27,047 nucleotides of DNA from a virus. Taxonomy: Duplodnaviria; Caudoviricetes. The stretch lies in IMG/VR virus record IMGVR_UViG_3300044209_000031, positions 1 through 27,047 of that record; one strand, 5' to 3'. The position numbers and the translations under genes were made by a program. Each line of letters starts with the position of its first letter. Positions within the stretch are counted from its first letter, which is position 1. The notes under the pieces are model-generated. The model saw only the letters and a list, made by a program, of their open reading frames with translations, was not told the DNA's origin and did not search any database. This document shows positions 1 through 10,700 of this stretch, one piece after another.

Positions 1-148
1 GGCTGAACGAGGGCAGCAGCTTGTCGTTGGGGTTGTCGGCCAGCCGCTCGGCCGAGCCGGCGCAGTACAGCAGCACCAGCAGGATCAGCGGCAGGGCAGC
101 CAGCGTCAGGCGCAGGCTGCGGCCGGGTTGCAGGTTGATGAGGCGCAT
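1..148 (-). CDS. Host ABC transporter permease, 5' part only (resembles urea-carboxylase/guanidine-associated ABC permease)
   Basis: Translated by hand (not in ORF track): ATG at 148, MRLINLQPGRSLRLTLAALPLILLVLLYCAGSAERLADNPNDKLLPSFS. It has a hydrophobic helix plus the NPNDKLLPS motif I recall from this permease family, and runs off the left edge. Confidence 0.75.
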   Translation of the reverse strand, partial: MRLINLQPGRSLRLTLAALPLILLVLLYCAGSAERLADNPNDKLLPSFS

Positions 149-164
149 GGTGGAGTCCCGATTC

Positions 165-213
165 TGTAGGGGCGCGCGAAATTTGGCGCACTTGAGCGCA
201 ATAAATGGCGCGA
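165..213. repeat. Prophage terminus (TG...) with two tandem putative transposase-binding sites
   Basis: TGTAGGG at 165, then GCGCGAAATTTGGCGCAC (174-191) and GCGCAATAAATGGCGCGA (196-213), imperfect direct repeats 22 bp apart. They lie between the last tail gene and the host gene. Confidence 0.65.
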
Positions 214-246
214 ACTCGCGTTGCCGCATGTGCAAAGCCGTTGCAC

Positions 247-3045
247 TCACAAACCGACCGGTTTGATCGCCACAGTCGCGGCGATCCACTCCTCTGTTGC
301 AGCCATCGTGAAGAGGCCGGGGTCGATGCTGGCAACCCTCAACGCCAGAACGCACGATGCGGCAGAGCAGGTAGTCGTGCCGGTGCCACTTGGCGTGTAG
401 GTCTGCCCATCGACCAAGGGCCAGCCGGTTGTCGCATCGTCATCATCCGCACCATAAGCAGCGATCCAGTACGTATCGGCCTCTCCCCATGCTGGGCTCA
501 GCGCCGGCGGATTCGGGGAAACACTCGACCCTGTAGCCACGGCCACTGCGGGGGCAACTGCTGGATCGAACGTCCCAGACTGGAACCTGTGCACCTGAGC
601 AGCGCCATGCTCGGCAGCGCTCGTTACCAGATCAACACTCGTGCCCCCCTCGGCACCTGATGCGATCCGGTAGAACCAGCTCGACCGGACGGCCGTGCTG
701 TTGTTGTTACTGGTCAGCAAAGTCCAGCCGGCCGGAACCGCGACAGTGGCGCTGCCGTCGTTAACAAACTGCATCAGCAGCAGGTCGCCTGCAGCAACGC
801 TGGCGGGCATTGCGACCATGTGCGACGTAGTGCCGGCCCCGAATGCGCTCGGCGTGAGGCTGAGGCGGATCGGCGGCGCAGTGACCAGCCCCAGCCGCTC
901 CACGCTGATGTCGTGTGCCTGATGGCTATACAGACCACTGCGCACAGCGTCGACAACGATGCGCAACGGGTTGAATGGCCCGCCATCACTGATCTCTGTA
1001 GCCAGCGGGTAATTGTAAGCAGCCCCTGCTTGCAACACTTCGCGCTTGAGCACCGAGCCACTGTAGAAGCGGAAGCGGTACTGCGTACCAGGCTCCGGGC
1101 CGATATCGCCGATAGTAGTGTCGATCAACTGGTCAGCCTGCAATAGCCGATCACGGTGCGCGCAACTGACCGTAACCTCACCAGTTACAGCTACCGGATA
1201 GGACGCGCCATTGACTCGCAGATTGCCCGGCGGGTACGGCCGAGCCGCCCGCTGCGCCATCAGCAGGCTATCGACAGCCGCCAGCGCAGGGTCGAGCTGG
1301 CCGCTGCCGGACTCAGTCAGCAGCCGGGCCTGCACTGTGGTGCCCGGACTGTAAGCGAGCGGATCAACTGCACCGCCCCCCTCGACAAACCAGACCCGCG
1401 TGCCAGCAGCATGTGCAACCGGCACCGTATCGACACAGCCCCTGGCAATCGCGGCCGTCTGCGCATCGGCATCAATGCCGACCAGGCGCACAATCTCATC
1501 ACCGATCAGCACCGCACCGCCTGGCTCGACAAAGTCCAGGTCGACAGCAGCAGTCAGGCTGATAGCTGTATCAGCCGGGCCGACGGGAGCGGCCAGCAGG
1601 GCGCTGGGACAGAAGTCGCCGCTGTCAGCATCCACCCAGTCAGCGGTGCCAACGCGAGCCTGCAGCGTGAATGCCTGAGCCATGCTGGTCGGCTTGACGG
1701 CCAGCGCCTGCAGGTAGCAGTCGGTCGCATCGACCAGTGCCAGGTTTGCCGGATCAGTCGCCTGCGCAATATCGCGCCAGGTGCGCTCCTGCAGCCGGCG
1801 CACAGTGATCGGTTGCGGCGTGGGATCGGGTGCCACCCAGCCCGACGGCTGCACGCTGGTCATGCTGGTGGCCGGCAGCCCGAACACATCCTGTACAGCC
1901 GTGATGGTGATGGTCGACTCGCTAAGCGTGCCGTCCTCGATGCGCCCTGCACGCACCACCATCTGCTCGATGCCGCGACGCACGCTGCGGATGCGGAATG
2001 CCTCCCCCGGCTCGATGCGATAGCCCCGGCGATCAAGCCGCACCTTGAACCGCTTCAGCCCTGCGGCCGCAGCCCGCAGCTCACGCACCGCGACACGGCC
2101 GGCCAGCTCTTCGGTCGGCAGGCCAACATACTCGCGCGTTTCCGTCAGCACCTGCCCTGCCGCCATCACAGCGCCCAGATTGCGCTCACGCCAGCTGCGG
2201 TCGTCGCCGGTGATGGGGTCGCGCCACTTGACGACCAGCTCATTCAGCGCCCCAGCCGTGGCCGCGTTGTCATCGTCATCAATGCCGAGCAACCCGCTGT
2301 CCTCATCGAACAGCGGCAGGTCGTCGACCGCATAGTCATCACGGATCAGCGTCAGATGGAACAGACCATCGAAGCGGCTCAGGTACAGATTGCCCCCGAT
2401 GTGATCGAGCACCTCCTGCACGAACGCACTGACAGTATCTGACCTGTTCCAGCGCAGGCACAGGCCAAAGCCCTCGGAATAGAGCGCATCGGCAGCAGCG
2501 CGGAACGATTCCTCATCCAGCCGCGAGCGATCCATGCCACCGCCCCAATCCCTGTTCGTCAGGCACTCATAGACGATGTGTGCCGGGTTCATCGCGTGGA
2601 TTGCACCAGCTGCCAGCTCGACCTTCGCCTTCCCCGGATACCACGGCGCACCGTCCCAGCCGGCAGTAGTGCGGCGCACGCGAAATTTCCACGGCTTGAT
2701 GTACGGGCTCATCGCCGAGACCTGGCCGTTGAAGTAGGCCGTCAGCACGCCCCGGAATCCCGGAACGTCTCCGCCCAGCATGCTGGCCAGCCCGGCCGGA
2801 GCCAGCTGGCTCGGCTCTCCCATCATCACATCGAGCGGGCCGACAATTCCGCCCTCCTTCTTGTCTCCACCGAACAGGCCGGGCTTGTTGATGCTGACGC
2901 GCCCGGATGCGGTAACGCTCCCTGACCATGCAGTCTTGCCACCCACATCGACCGCCACCAGCGCATTGACAGGCCCACGGCAGATGCCCATGTGGATGCC
3001 CATGTAGTAGCGATAGCCAATCGTGACGCTCTTCTTACTGCCCAT
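247..3045 (-). CDS. Tail tip / central tail protein (host-specificity J-like, Phage-tail_3) with C-terminal extension, 932 aa
   Basis: Start refined to MGSKKSVTIGYRYYMG (ATG 3045). Motifs GLFGGDKKEGG, NPAHIVYECLTNRDWG and RPYPPGNLRVNG are typical of D3112/B3-like tail tip proteins. Last gene before the phage end. Confidence 0.85.
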   Translation of the reverse strand: MGSKKSVTIGYRYYMGIHMGICRGPVNALVAVDVGGKTAWSGSVTASGRVSINKPGLFGGDKKEGGIVGPLDVMMGEPSQLAPAGLASMLGGDVPGFRGVLTAYFNGQVSAMSPYIKPWKFRVRRTTAGWDGAPWYPGKAKVELAAGAIHAMNPAHIVYECLTNRDWGGGMDRSRLDEESFRAAADALYSEGFGLCLRWNRSDTVSAFVQEVLDHIGGNLYLSRFDGLFHLTLIRDDYAVDDLPLFDEDSGLLGIDDDDNAATAGALNELVVKWRDPITGDDRSWRERNLGAVMAAGQVLTETREYVGLPTEELAGRVAVRELRAAAAGLKRFKVRLDRRGYRIEPGEAFRIRSVRRGIEQMVVRAGRIEDGTLSESTITITAVQDVFGLPATSMTSVQPSGWVAPDPTPQPITVRRLQERTWRDIAQATDPANLALVDATDCYLQALAVKPTSMAQAFTLQARVGTADWVDADSGDFCPSALLAAPVGPADTAISLTAAVDLDFVEPGGAVLIGDEIVRLVGIDADAQTAAIARGCVDTVPVAHAAGTRVWFVEGGGAVDPLAYSPGTTVQARLLTESGSGQLDPALAAVDSLLMAQRAARPYPPGNLRVNGASYPVAVTGEVTVSCAHRDRLLQADQLIDTTIGDIGPEPGTQYRFRFYSGSVLKREVLQAGAAYNYPLATEISDGGPFNPLRIVVDAVRSGLYSHQAHDISVERLGLVTAPPIRLSLTPSAFGAGTTSHMVAMPASVAAGDLLLMQFVNDGSATVAVPAGWTLLTSNNNSTAVRSSWFYRIASGAEGGTSVDLVTSAAEHGAAQVHRFQSGTFDPAVAPAVAVATGSSVSPNPPALSPAWGEADTYWIAAYGADDDDATTGWPLVDGQTYTPSGTGTTTCSAASCVLALRVASIDPGLFTMAATEEWIAATVAIKPVGL

Positions 3046-3265
3046 TTCCAGACTCCACCGCGCGCGCATGCTCAACCAGCTGCAGCGCCAGCGCATCGCC
3101 CGTCGCCGTCAACACCTCAGCATCCACACCGCCCGCCTGCACGATCGCAGACCAGTCCAGCCCGTAACGCTCGCACAGGGCGCGAGCGCCGCGATGGCAG
3201 TAGCCAGGGCGACTGCCCCAGCCCGGCACGCTATGCAGATGATCCAGCGTCACGAACATCATCAC
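3035..3265 (-). CDS. Small conserved tail-associated protein (YCHRGAR motif), 76 aa
   Basis: Overlaps both neighbours. GYCHRGAR...GLDW...TGDALA pattern is typical of the small gene before the tail tip in these phages. Confidence 0.75.
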   Translation of the reverse strand: MMMFVTLDHLHSVPGWGSRPGYCHRGARALCERYGLDWSAIVQAGGVDAEVLTATGDALALQLVEHARAVESGNGQ

Positions 3266-3489
3266 TTCCCACTCTTGGTCTTGATCGGCCGGGTACGCAG
3301 GTTGCCGTAGCTCAGCGCCTGGAAGTCCGCAGTCCAGCAGTCACCGAACACGACGCATTGCGGTGTGCCTTCGTCCGTTTTCGGCAGCGACTCCTCATCC
3401 AGTGCCTGTGGTTTTGGCTTTTGGGTCTTTGGTTTAGATGTCAGGGCGATAGCCACCACGGCCACGGCCAACACAAGGAGCTGCCACAT
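3262..3489 (-). CDS. Small tail assembly protein, 75 aa
   Basis: N-terminal hydrophobic stretch and P..DEGTPQCVVFGDCW motif. Syntenic position after the BR0599 gene. Confidence 0.75.
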   Translation of the reverse strand: MWQLLVLAVAVVAIALTSKPKTQKPKPQALDEESLPKTDEGTPQCVVFGDCWTADFQALSYGNLRTRPIKTKSGK

Positions 3490-3497
3490 AGATCACC

Positions 3498-4319
3498 TCA
3501 GAAGAACACGTTGGAGCCATCCCAAGGCGACTTGCCAGACAGATGCGGAATGCCACCGTATTGCGGAAGATTGTTGAAGACCTTGCAGCTGGCCACGGTC
3601 TGCGCGCAGCCGGGATAGACCCGCACAGCACTGCCGACCGCAAGACCATCACTGCCGCCCAGCAGCTGCAGGCCGCCGGCCGTATGCGCCTCGATGCCGC
3701 GCCGATCATACTCACCAGCACCCACCGGCCACTCCACCAGCCCGCCAGTGAAACGACCGAGCGGATAACCCGACAGCTCAGCACTGCTGATGCTCACACC
3801 GTCCAGCGCCTGCACCGTGATCGCGACGCGGTGCAGGTTGCTGTCGACCCCGCAGGCCAGCGAGTACAGTGCGTGCGGGCAGTTACGCTCCCAGCCCAGC
3901 CGCAGCCCCTGCATGTTCATGCGCTCGGTCAGCGGCGAGCAGCTGATCTCACAGCGATCCAGCGCCGGCCAGCGCACGCCCCTGATCTCGCCGGCCCAGA
4001 TGACCAGGTAGTCATCCACACCGTAGTGGCGGGCGAATACCGTGAGCTGCACGGGCGAACTCGGCGCGGCAGCGCGGTACAGCTGCGCGACATCGAGGTC
4101 GGCCGGTGCCGTGAGCTTGAGCATGTCCGGGCTCGTCTGCCCGGTCTGCCGGATGCCGCTGTCGCTGATGCCGCCACGCAGGGCGCGATACAGCTGATTG
4201 TTGTGCTCGATGTCGCGGTCGCCGCTGGCATAGGCCCAGCGCAGCACACCCCGGCGGAACTCATACAGCCGCACCGGCCGGCCGCTGGCCGATGCACGCT
4301 CTGCTGCGTCAAATGTCAT
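3498..4319 (-). CDS. Phage BR0599/DUF2163-family tail (hub) protein, 273 aa
   Basis: Cys motifs CPHALYSLACGV and YPGCAQTVASCKVFNNLPQYGGIPHL. 4-bp overlap with the upstream gene. Confidence 0.85.
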   Translation of the reverse strand: MTFDAAERASASGRPVRLYEFRRGVLRWAYASGDRDIEHNNQLYRALRGGISDSGIRQTGQTSPDMLKLTAPADLDVAQLYRAAAPSSPVQLTVFARHYGVDDYLVIWAGEIRGVRWPALDRCEISCSPLTERMNMQGLRLGWERNCPHALYSLACGVDSNLHRVAITVQALDGVSISSAELSGYPLGRFTGGLVEWPVGAGEYDRRGIEAHTAGGLQLLGGSDGLAVGSAVRVYPGCAQTVASCKVFNNLPQYGGIPHLSGKSPWDGSNVFF

Positions 4320-6022
4320 GCACTGAACTCCTCATCACGCACACCCCGGAACACCACATGGCTGCGTGCAAGTCCGTCGCTATCGGTCATGTGCTCGATC
4401 TCGATACCGTCGCTGTCCAGCCGGCACAGCACCAACCAGCTGATGCGCAGTACGTCGCCCGGCGCGACGTTGCGCCCCAGCGCGCTGTCGAGCACCAGCC
4501 GCTCCACATCAGCCGACAGCTCGCTGCTGCTGGTGATGCGCCGGTGCAGTGCCGTGCCGTCCACCAGCTCGATGCGCACGTCACGCCGCCCCGGCTGCGA
4601 CCGGCCGAACCGGGTGTAGCCGATGGCCGCCACATCCACCGACATCGCTACATCAGAGACTGGCGCAACAAGCTCAAGGTCATCGGCGTGCGTCGGCACC
4701 CACACCGCCGCCAGCCGGCCTGACAGCGCATACAGCAGCGAACGGAAGGCTGCCTGCTCATCGCGGCCGGACAACAGCCAGCGATGCTGCATGACCGGGA
4801 ATGCCCGGCTCGCGGTATCCGTCAGCAGCGGCAGCGCCGTGCCGTTGTCCAGCTCCAGCAGCAGGCGCTGATAGGCGCGGGTCAGATCCTCGGATTCATC
4901 GGGCCGGGCGGTCAGCACCGGGACGCCGCGATACAGGGTTGCAGGCATCACGTCCGGCCAGTCGCAGGCATCCAGCACCTGGAAGCGGCAGTTAACGCGG
5001 TCGAGCCGATCCGTCAGCCGGTCGCTGCCGGGCTGCTCTGCCAGCGTCGCCGGCCGCGCCGGGTACAGCCGCGAGCCGGCTGGCCAGTCCTGCTGCGTCG
5101 AGCGCTTGAGGGTCAGTCCGTCCAGCTCGACGCTCAGCACCTCGACGACCTCAACACCGAATGCCGACTCGCTGCGCAGCAATGCCAGCCCGCCGGCGCG
5201 GAAATCCCGGCCGGCGGTGCTGCACGGGATAGCCAGCGCGCCCGCCGGCACGCTGACCCCAGTCAGCTGGATGTCCGGCCAGATCGGCAGCGCCCACACC
5301 CTCGATCCCCAGCCGAACACACTCAGGTCGAGCAACTGCCGCTCACGCCCCTCGGCAAGCAGCGAGATCTCGAATTCCCGGCGCGGAGCTTGGCGCAGCG
5401 CGCGGCGCTGCTCCATGCCTGTCTCGCTCTGCAGAACGTCGGTCGCCCAGTCCAGTCGTTCAGTGATGCCGTCAGCCCAGTTGGGAGCAAACGCCCAGGC
5501 GATGATCCGCGTCGCCGTGATCCGAATCGCCGGAGCCTCGCCATTGTCGAACTGCCAGCTCAGGCTGACATCAAGCACCGGCGCGCCGTCAGGCGTGATC
5601 GACAGCTGCCACTCTCGCTCCTGCAGCGCCGCAAACAGCAGCGGCGGCAGCGGCTGGCCCGCCAGTTCGATGCCGTCATCCAGTCCCGCGATGGCCTGCA
5701 GGCTGCGCGGCAGCAGATGCGCATTCCAGACCCGAACCGGCGCAGTCTGCGTCGACGCGACGTTGCCGAGGTCGAGGCGCTGCAGGCTGATATGAATGCG
5801 GTGATACCAGTCATCACCCCAGCAGCCCAGCCGCTCACCAGACAGCTGCTGCGGTGCAACAGTGACTGGCAGTGCGCTGATCAGCACGCCGTCACCTGGG
5901 CCGATGGCGCCGATAGACTCGTGTGGCGCGGGCACCCAGGCATAGCCGTCCAGATCGCTGGACAGATTCTGGTTGTAGCCGGCGAGACCCGCCGGCCGCA
6001 GCTCACCAATGATGATGGTCAT
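4316..6022 (-). CDS. Minor tail / distal tail structural protein, 568 aa
   Basis: Start refined to MTIIIGELRP (ATG 6022, 2 nt after the upstream stop). Motifs PNWADGITERLDWATDVL and EQRRALRQAPRR. Confidence 0.8.
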   Translation of the reverse strand: MTIIIGELRPAGLAGYNQNLSSDLDGYAWVPAPHESIGAIGPGDGVLISALPVTVAPQQLSGERLGCWGDDWYHRIHISLQRLDLGNVASTQTAPVRVWNAHLLPRSLQAIAGLDDGIELAGQPLPPLLFAALQEREWQLSITPDGAPVLDVSLSWQFDNGEAPAIRITATRIIAWAFAPNWADGITERLDWATDVLQSETGMEQRRALRQAPRREFEISLLAEGRERQLLDLSVFGWGSRVWALPIWPDIQLTGVSVPAGALAIPCSTAGRDFRAGGLALLRSESAFGVEVVEVLSVELDGLTLKRSTQQDWPAGSRLYPARPATLAEQPGSDRLTDRLDRVNCRFQVLDACDWPDVMPATLYRGVPVLTARPDESEDLTRAYQRLLLELDNGTALPLLTDTASRAFPVMQHRWLLSGRDEQAAFRSLLYALSGRLAAVWVPTHADDLELVAPVSDVAMSVDVAAIGYTRFGRSQPGRRDVRIELVDGTALHRRITSSSELSADVERLVLDSALGRNVAPGDVLRISWLVLCRLDSDGIEIEHMTDSDGLARSHVVFRGVRDEEFSA

Positions 6023-6024
6023 GG

Positions 6025-6909
6025 TCAGGGGCCGTCGTATCGCACGGCGAGACCAAACGCGCCGGAGTGCTCGACGGCACCACCACCATCTCGCGCCGCC
6101 GTGTTTTTCCGGTACGCAGGGTAAATGGCCCATCGATCCATGCCGATGCTGATGATCTGCCCAGCCTCGTAGTTGTCGTTGCGCGTGACGCGCAGCAGAT
6201 CAGATTCAGCCGTCAGACTGACCATCGCGCTCGGCCGGATCTTGTACGCACGCGCAGGCAACAACACCGCGTCGCTGTTCCAGTTGCTCGGCAGCAGCCC
6301 GAGCAGCGGCACCAGCGCCCGGATACCGACAAGCGTCGTGTTGGCGGATTGCGCGCCCTCCCAGCCCTGACCGTCGAGATTGCTGTGTACATACCAGTTT
6401 CGATGACTGGTGCGAAAGAACGAGTCCGCGCAGAACGGCAGTGGGCACGTCGACGTGGTCGAGCCGTTGCCGGAGGTCGGTGTCAGCACCACACCACTGG
6501 ACGGCGTAACTTCAGAGCAACTGGCAGCAACCCACATCCCAGTCCCCGGGTTTCCACCGACGCCACCGATCCCACACGCCAGCCACTGATACCGGGTGCC
6601 ATAGTTGATCACCAGGCACAGCTCATTCCCGATGGCATGCAGATGCCAGACCACTGGCCAGGTCACAGCAACACCGCCAATGCCATTGCCGTCGACACCC
6701 ACAGCATTGGGCGCACTACCCACACCAGTAGCAGTGCGCCCGGTCACCAGCAGCTTGTTGCTGGCCACCGCCGGCACATACAGCACCGCGCCGGCCTTGC
6801 TCAGCTCCTGAGCGCCGGCAGACCAGGCCCAGCCGGCGAGCTGGGCATTGTCGATCAGCGCAGTACGCAGGGAGGACATATCCGCTGCGCTGCCAGTGAA
6901 GTAGCTCAT
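6025..6909 (-). CDS. Virion structural (tail) protein, 294 aa
   Basis: MSYFTGSAAD N-terminus and ...HSGAFGLAVRYDGP C-terminus as in D3112-like post-TMP genes. 4-bp overlap with the upstream gene. Confidence 0.75.
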   Translation of the reverse strand: MSYFTGSAADMSSLRTALIDNAQLAGWAWSAGAQELSKAGAVLYVPAVASNKLLVTGRTATGVGSAPNAVGVDGNGIGGVAVTWPVVWHLHAIGNELCLVINYGTRYQWLACGIGGVGGNPGTGMWVAASCSEVTPSSGVVLTPTSGNGSTTSTCPLPFCADSFFRTSHRNWYVHSNLDGQGWEGAQSANTTLVGIRALVPLLGLLPSNWNSDAVLLPARAYKIRPSAMVSLTAESDLLRVTRNDNYEAGQIISIGMDRWAIYPAYRKNTAARDGGGAVEHSGAFGLAVRYDGP

Positions 6910-7748
6910 GCGTCCATCCTCATGGCGATGTAGTCAGAGAATCCCGTGCGCCACACGTCCTGCAGCACCACCCAGGTCTCCCCATTGATCACCAGCGTGT
7001 TCTCGGTGGCGTTGCCGAAACCGGAAATCATGCAGATGCCATCGAGGTAGCCCCACAGGTTGGCGGTGTTGTCATGCAGCTCGATGGGCAGCAGCTTGTA
7101 GTTACCGCCCGTGTCGCGCAGATAACTCGTGGTTCCGGACAGCACAAGATTGCCCCACGGGTAGCAGTACGGCTGCTGCCAGCCGGCAGGCGACAGCATC
7201 TGCATCTGCGCCCGGTTTCCCTTGAAGTACGCCGAGTTGCCGGTATCACTGAAACGCTTGGACTCAGCGCCATTGAGCACACCACCGACAGCCAGCGGAT
7301 ACGGGTACTGCGACGGGCGGCCGTAGGGCAGGAATTTGCCAGCGTAAGCGGTGATGTAGACCGGCGTTCCGACCTTCATGCCCAGTGCGATCCGCTGCGG
7401 GTTGATGGTCAGCCAGTAGTCGATCCGCACATTGTGTGCAGGCAGACCAGACAGCTTGGCGCCCGGCTGAGTATCAAACGAGTTGCCCGGCACATAGCCC
7501 GTGAAGCCAGCCACAACCAGGTTGTAGTAGTCGGCCCCGGCATCCTGATAGGTGCGGCACCCGATGAAGATTTCCTCATCGCCGGTGTAGCCGCTGCCCT
7601 TCAGGATCAGTTCACGGTTCGCCGATGCAGTGTCGTAGCGCAGCACCGTCCAGCCATTCGCAGCCGCAAAATCACGAATTACGGCGAGCATCTTGTAGTG
7701 GGCGAGCACGCCGCCCGCGTTGTCGACGTAGCCGATCTGGTGAGGCAT
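6906..7748 (-). CDS. Virion structural (tail) protein, 280 aa
   Basis: Immediately follows the TMP gene. Motifs ELILKG.G..G.EEIFIG and PYGRPSQYPYPLAVGG. Confidence 0.8.
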   Translation of the reverse strand: MPHQIGYVDNAGGVLAHYKMLAVIRDFAAANGWTVLRYDTASANRELILKGSGYTGDEEIFIGCRTYQDAGADYYNLVVAGFTGYVPGNSFDTQPGAKLSGLPAHNVRIDYWLTINPQRIALGMKVGTPVYITAYAGKFLPYGRPSQYPYPLAVGGVLNGAESKRFSDTGNSAYFKGNRAQMQMLSPAGWQQPYCYPWGNLVLSGTTSYLRDTGGNYKLLPIELHDNTANLWGYLDGICMISGFGNATENTLVINGETWVVLQDVWRTGFSDYIAMRMDA

Positions 7749-7749
7749 T

Positions 7750-10700
7750 TCAGACTCCGAGAATGCTGCGGAACTTGGCCGGGTCGTTGCTGAGCATGAC
7801 CGTGATGGCCTCGTGCCCGGCCGGCGTATTCAGTGCCGAAGCGATGCGCTCCGGCGAGTCGATCAAGTTGAAGGTCTGGCGGTTTTGCACCGTAGTGCTG
7901 AAGGCCTTCGCCGGCTCCGCCAGCCTGCCAGCCACACGGCCCGGCCCCGGCATCGCGGGCGCTGGAATGCCAGCAAGCCCGCCAGTCGAGTGGCGTACTG
8001 CACCGGCCCAGTCATCCAAGGCAGACATGCCGCGCGCGTTGAAGTCGTGCAGGAACCCCAGCGCGCCGGGCTGGGCGACGACAGCCGCGCGCGACACGAA
8101 CTCACCATTACTGAGCCATGCCGGGATACTGTCGCTGGTTGCAGTGCCAGGGCCGGTGACGTGACCGCCGTCTGCGAAGGCCTGGAATGCCAGTGCAGCC
8201 ATCACGGCCGCAAGGCCGATAGCCGCCGCACCGCCGAACGAACCGATAGAGGCTGCGATGGCAGCCGGCGTCCAGGACGCGGCCGTTGTCGCTGCAGCGC
8301 CGGCTTGAGTTGCGGCAGTCGTTGTTGCTGCCGCAGCGGATGATGCAGTCATAGCCGTAGTGGCCGCCTGCTGCGCAGTCTGCACCGTAGTGATCGCCTG
8401 CACTGCCTGCGGCGCGGCCTGGGTGATGCCGCTGAACATGCCGGCAAACCCTTGGGTCGCCTGCTGCGCCAACTGCTGCGCCGCCAGCTGAGCCATCGAC
8501 TGCAGTACGCTCTGTGCGAGTGATCGCACGGCATCACGCACCGTCATCGTGCCATCCGCCAGCCCCTGCAGTGCGCGCGCCAGACCCTGCTCGATGCCGG
8601 TGCGCAGCGTCTCAGCCAGCAGCGAGGTAGTCGCGCGCAGGCGCACGGCCTGATTGTCCAGGCCCTGTAGTGCAGCACGGGCAGACTGCCCGACCGCCCC
8701 CGGCTGCCGCGCCATCTCGGCCAGCAGAGGCCGCATCTTCTCCAGCTCTGCAGCGGTCTGCTTGTGGATGTCCAGGATCTGCCGGCGCGCATCCAGCTCG
8801 GTCAGCAGCCCGGCATCCTGCTGCACGTTAACGCTCTGCTCCTGGCGCTGCTGCTCGGCCAGCAGGTCATCGATCTGCTGCTTGATGGCACTGACCCGGA
8901 TCGCCGCCTGCTCGACCGGCAGCAGCTGATCGAGCAGCTGCAGGCCAGCCGCGTTGCCAGCCTCGGCAAACTCAGCGCGCATCTGGTCGAAACGGGTCTG
9001 CAGCTCCAGCAGATCCGCGCCCTGGCCATTGCCACCTGCGCGCAACAGATCCGCCTGCAGCTGCACATTGCGCGCTGCGTTGGCCTCGGCCTGCTGCTGG
9101 CGTTCGGTCGCCTCCAGGGCGGCCAGCGCGGCATTGGCACGCTCGGCCAGCGCGCCGGTCAGGTTGCGTTCGGCAAGCTCGTGGCGGCGCACTTCGGCTG
9201 AGGTCATGCCCTGTTGGGCGGCCTGGCGTTCCAGGCCTTGTACGTAGGTCGTTTGTTGGTCGAGCAGCTTTTGTGCTGCATCCACAGCCTTCTTGTTGGC
9301 CTCGGTGCTCTCATTGGTAGCAGATGTGGCCAGCTTGAACTGGGCGAGCCTGTCACCGGTTGCCTCACTGGCAGCCTTTCGCTCAGCCTCATAATCAGCT
9401 CGCGCCTGCCGTGCTTGCTCAGTGCGCTCGGCAGCGGCAGCGCTGGCAGCTTCACGCTCAGCGAGGATGGCCCCGATACTCGCGCCCCGAGCATCATTGA
9501 TGCCGGCCAGTTCCTGCTCCAGGCGGGCACCGACACCCTCCAGCGTGTCATCGGTGAAGACGGCCTTGATGCCATCCCGGAATGCAGCAGCGTAGCTGCT
9601 GGCCTTGTCGAGCCCGCTGGCCACCTCCACAACCATGGTCTGGATAAAGGCCCGCACGTTCTCAGGAAACCTGGCGAAGGCCTCGATCAGGAAATCGACA
9701 GCCTCTTCGCCGTCGCCATGCAGCTGCTCGAAGTTCTCGCTGTAGAAGCGCGTCAGGAACTCAATGGACTCGGCCGCATCCTGAGCAAAGCCGTCAAACT
9801 TCATGCCGATGGCATCCAGGTAGCCTTCCAGCTCACCCGAGGCCACCATGGCATTGAGTTCATCGAGCGCGCCGACCGCGAGCATCACAGACTCGCGCAT
9901 CAGCTCACCGAGGCCAGCCTGGTTGACGTTGAGGAACAGCTGATCCCACGAATCGCCCAGGTTGGAAATAGCACCATCCAGCGAGTTCATCCGCTGTTCC
10001 ATGGCACCGGCAAAGTTCACATTGCCGATGCCGATCAGGTACTGCTCGATCTCGGCCGCACTGTTGCCGACTTCAGTGGTGGTGCCCTGGAATGTGAAGC
10101 GGACCTTGTCGCCCTCGGCGCTCGCTTTGATGCCGAACTCTTTCAGGCGCTCGAACTCACCGGTAGCAGCATCAGCCACGGCCTCTATCATCTGCTCCAG
10201 GTCTTTGCCGAGCGCAGCCGAAGTGTTGCCGTAGGAGCGCAGCGCATCCTCGGATGGCGTCAAACCGAGGTTCACCAGCTTGGTGAAACCGGCGACCGAT
10301 TGATCCAGGGAATATGGCGTGGTCGCAGCAAAGGCCTGCAGGATATCGAAGGCCTCTGCTGCTTTCTCAGTGCTGCCGGTCGCGGTGATGAGTCCGGCAT
10401 TCAGGGTGTCAAACTGGCGCTGCACGGCAACGGCTTTGGTCAATGCCGCCATGGCAGACCCGGCAGTGATCAGCTTCGGCAACAGCTTCGACAGGCCGGA
10501 CTCTGCAGCTACTGCACCACTGCCGACAGTTGCGGTTTTCTTCCCTGCATCCTCGGCAGCATCACCCAGGTCATCCAGGCCGAGTTCTGCCTTGCGCGCA
10601 CTGGTGACAAACTGGCCGTTGGCCTCGCGCAGGCGGCCTGCAGCATCGGTATAGATGCCGACCTTGGCTGCGGCCGCAGCAGCTGCCGAGCCAGTTTTAC

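Noticed and set aside
165-180. TGTAGGGGCG as a Pseudomonas REP element
   Set aside because: No complementary REP arm follows. The tandem repeats and the position at the phage-host boundary fit a transposable-phage end better, although this is not proven.
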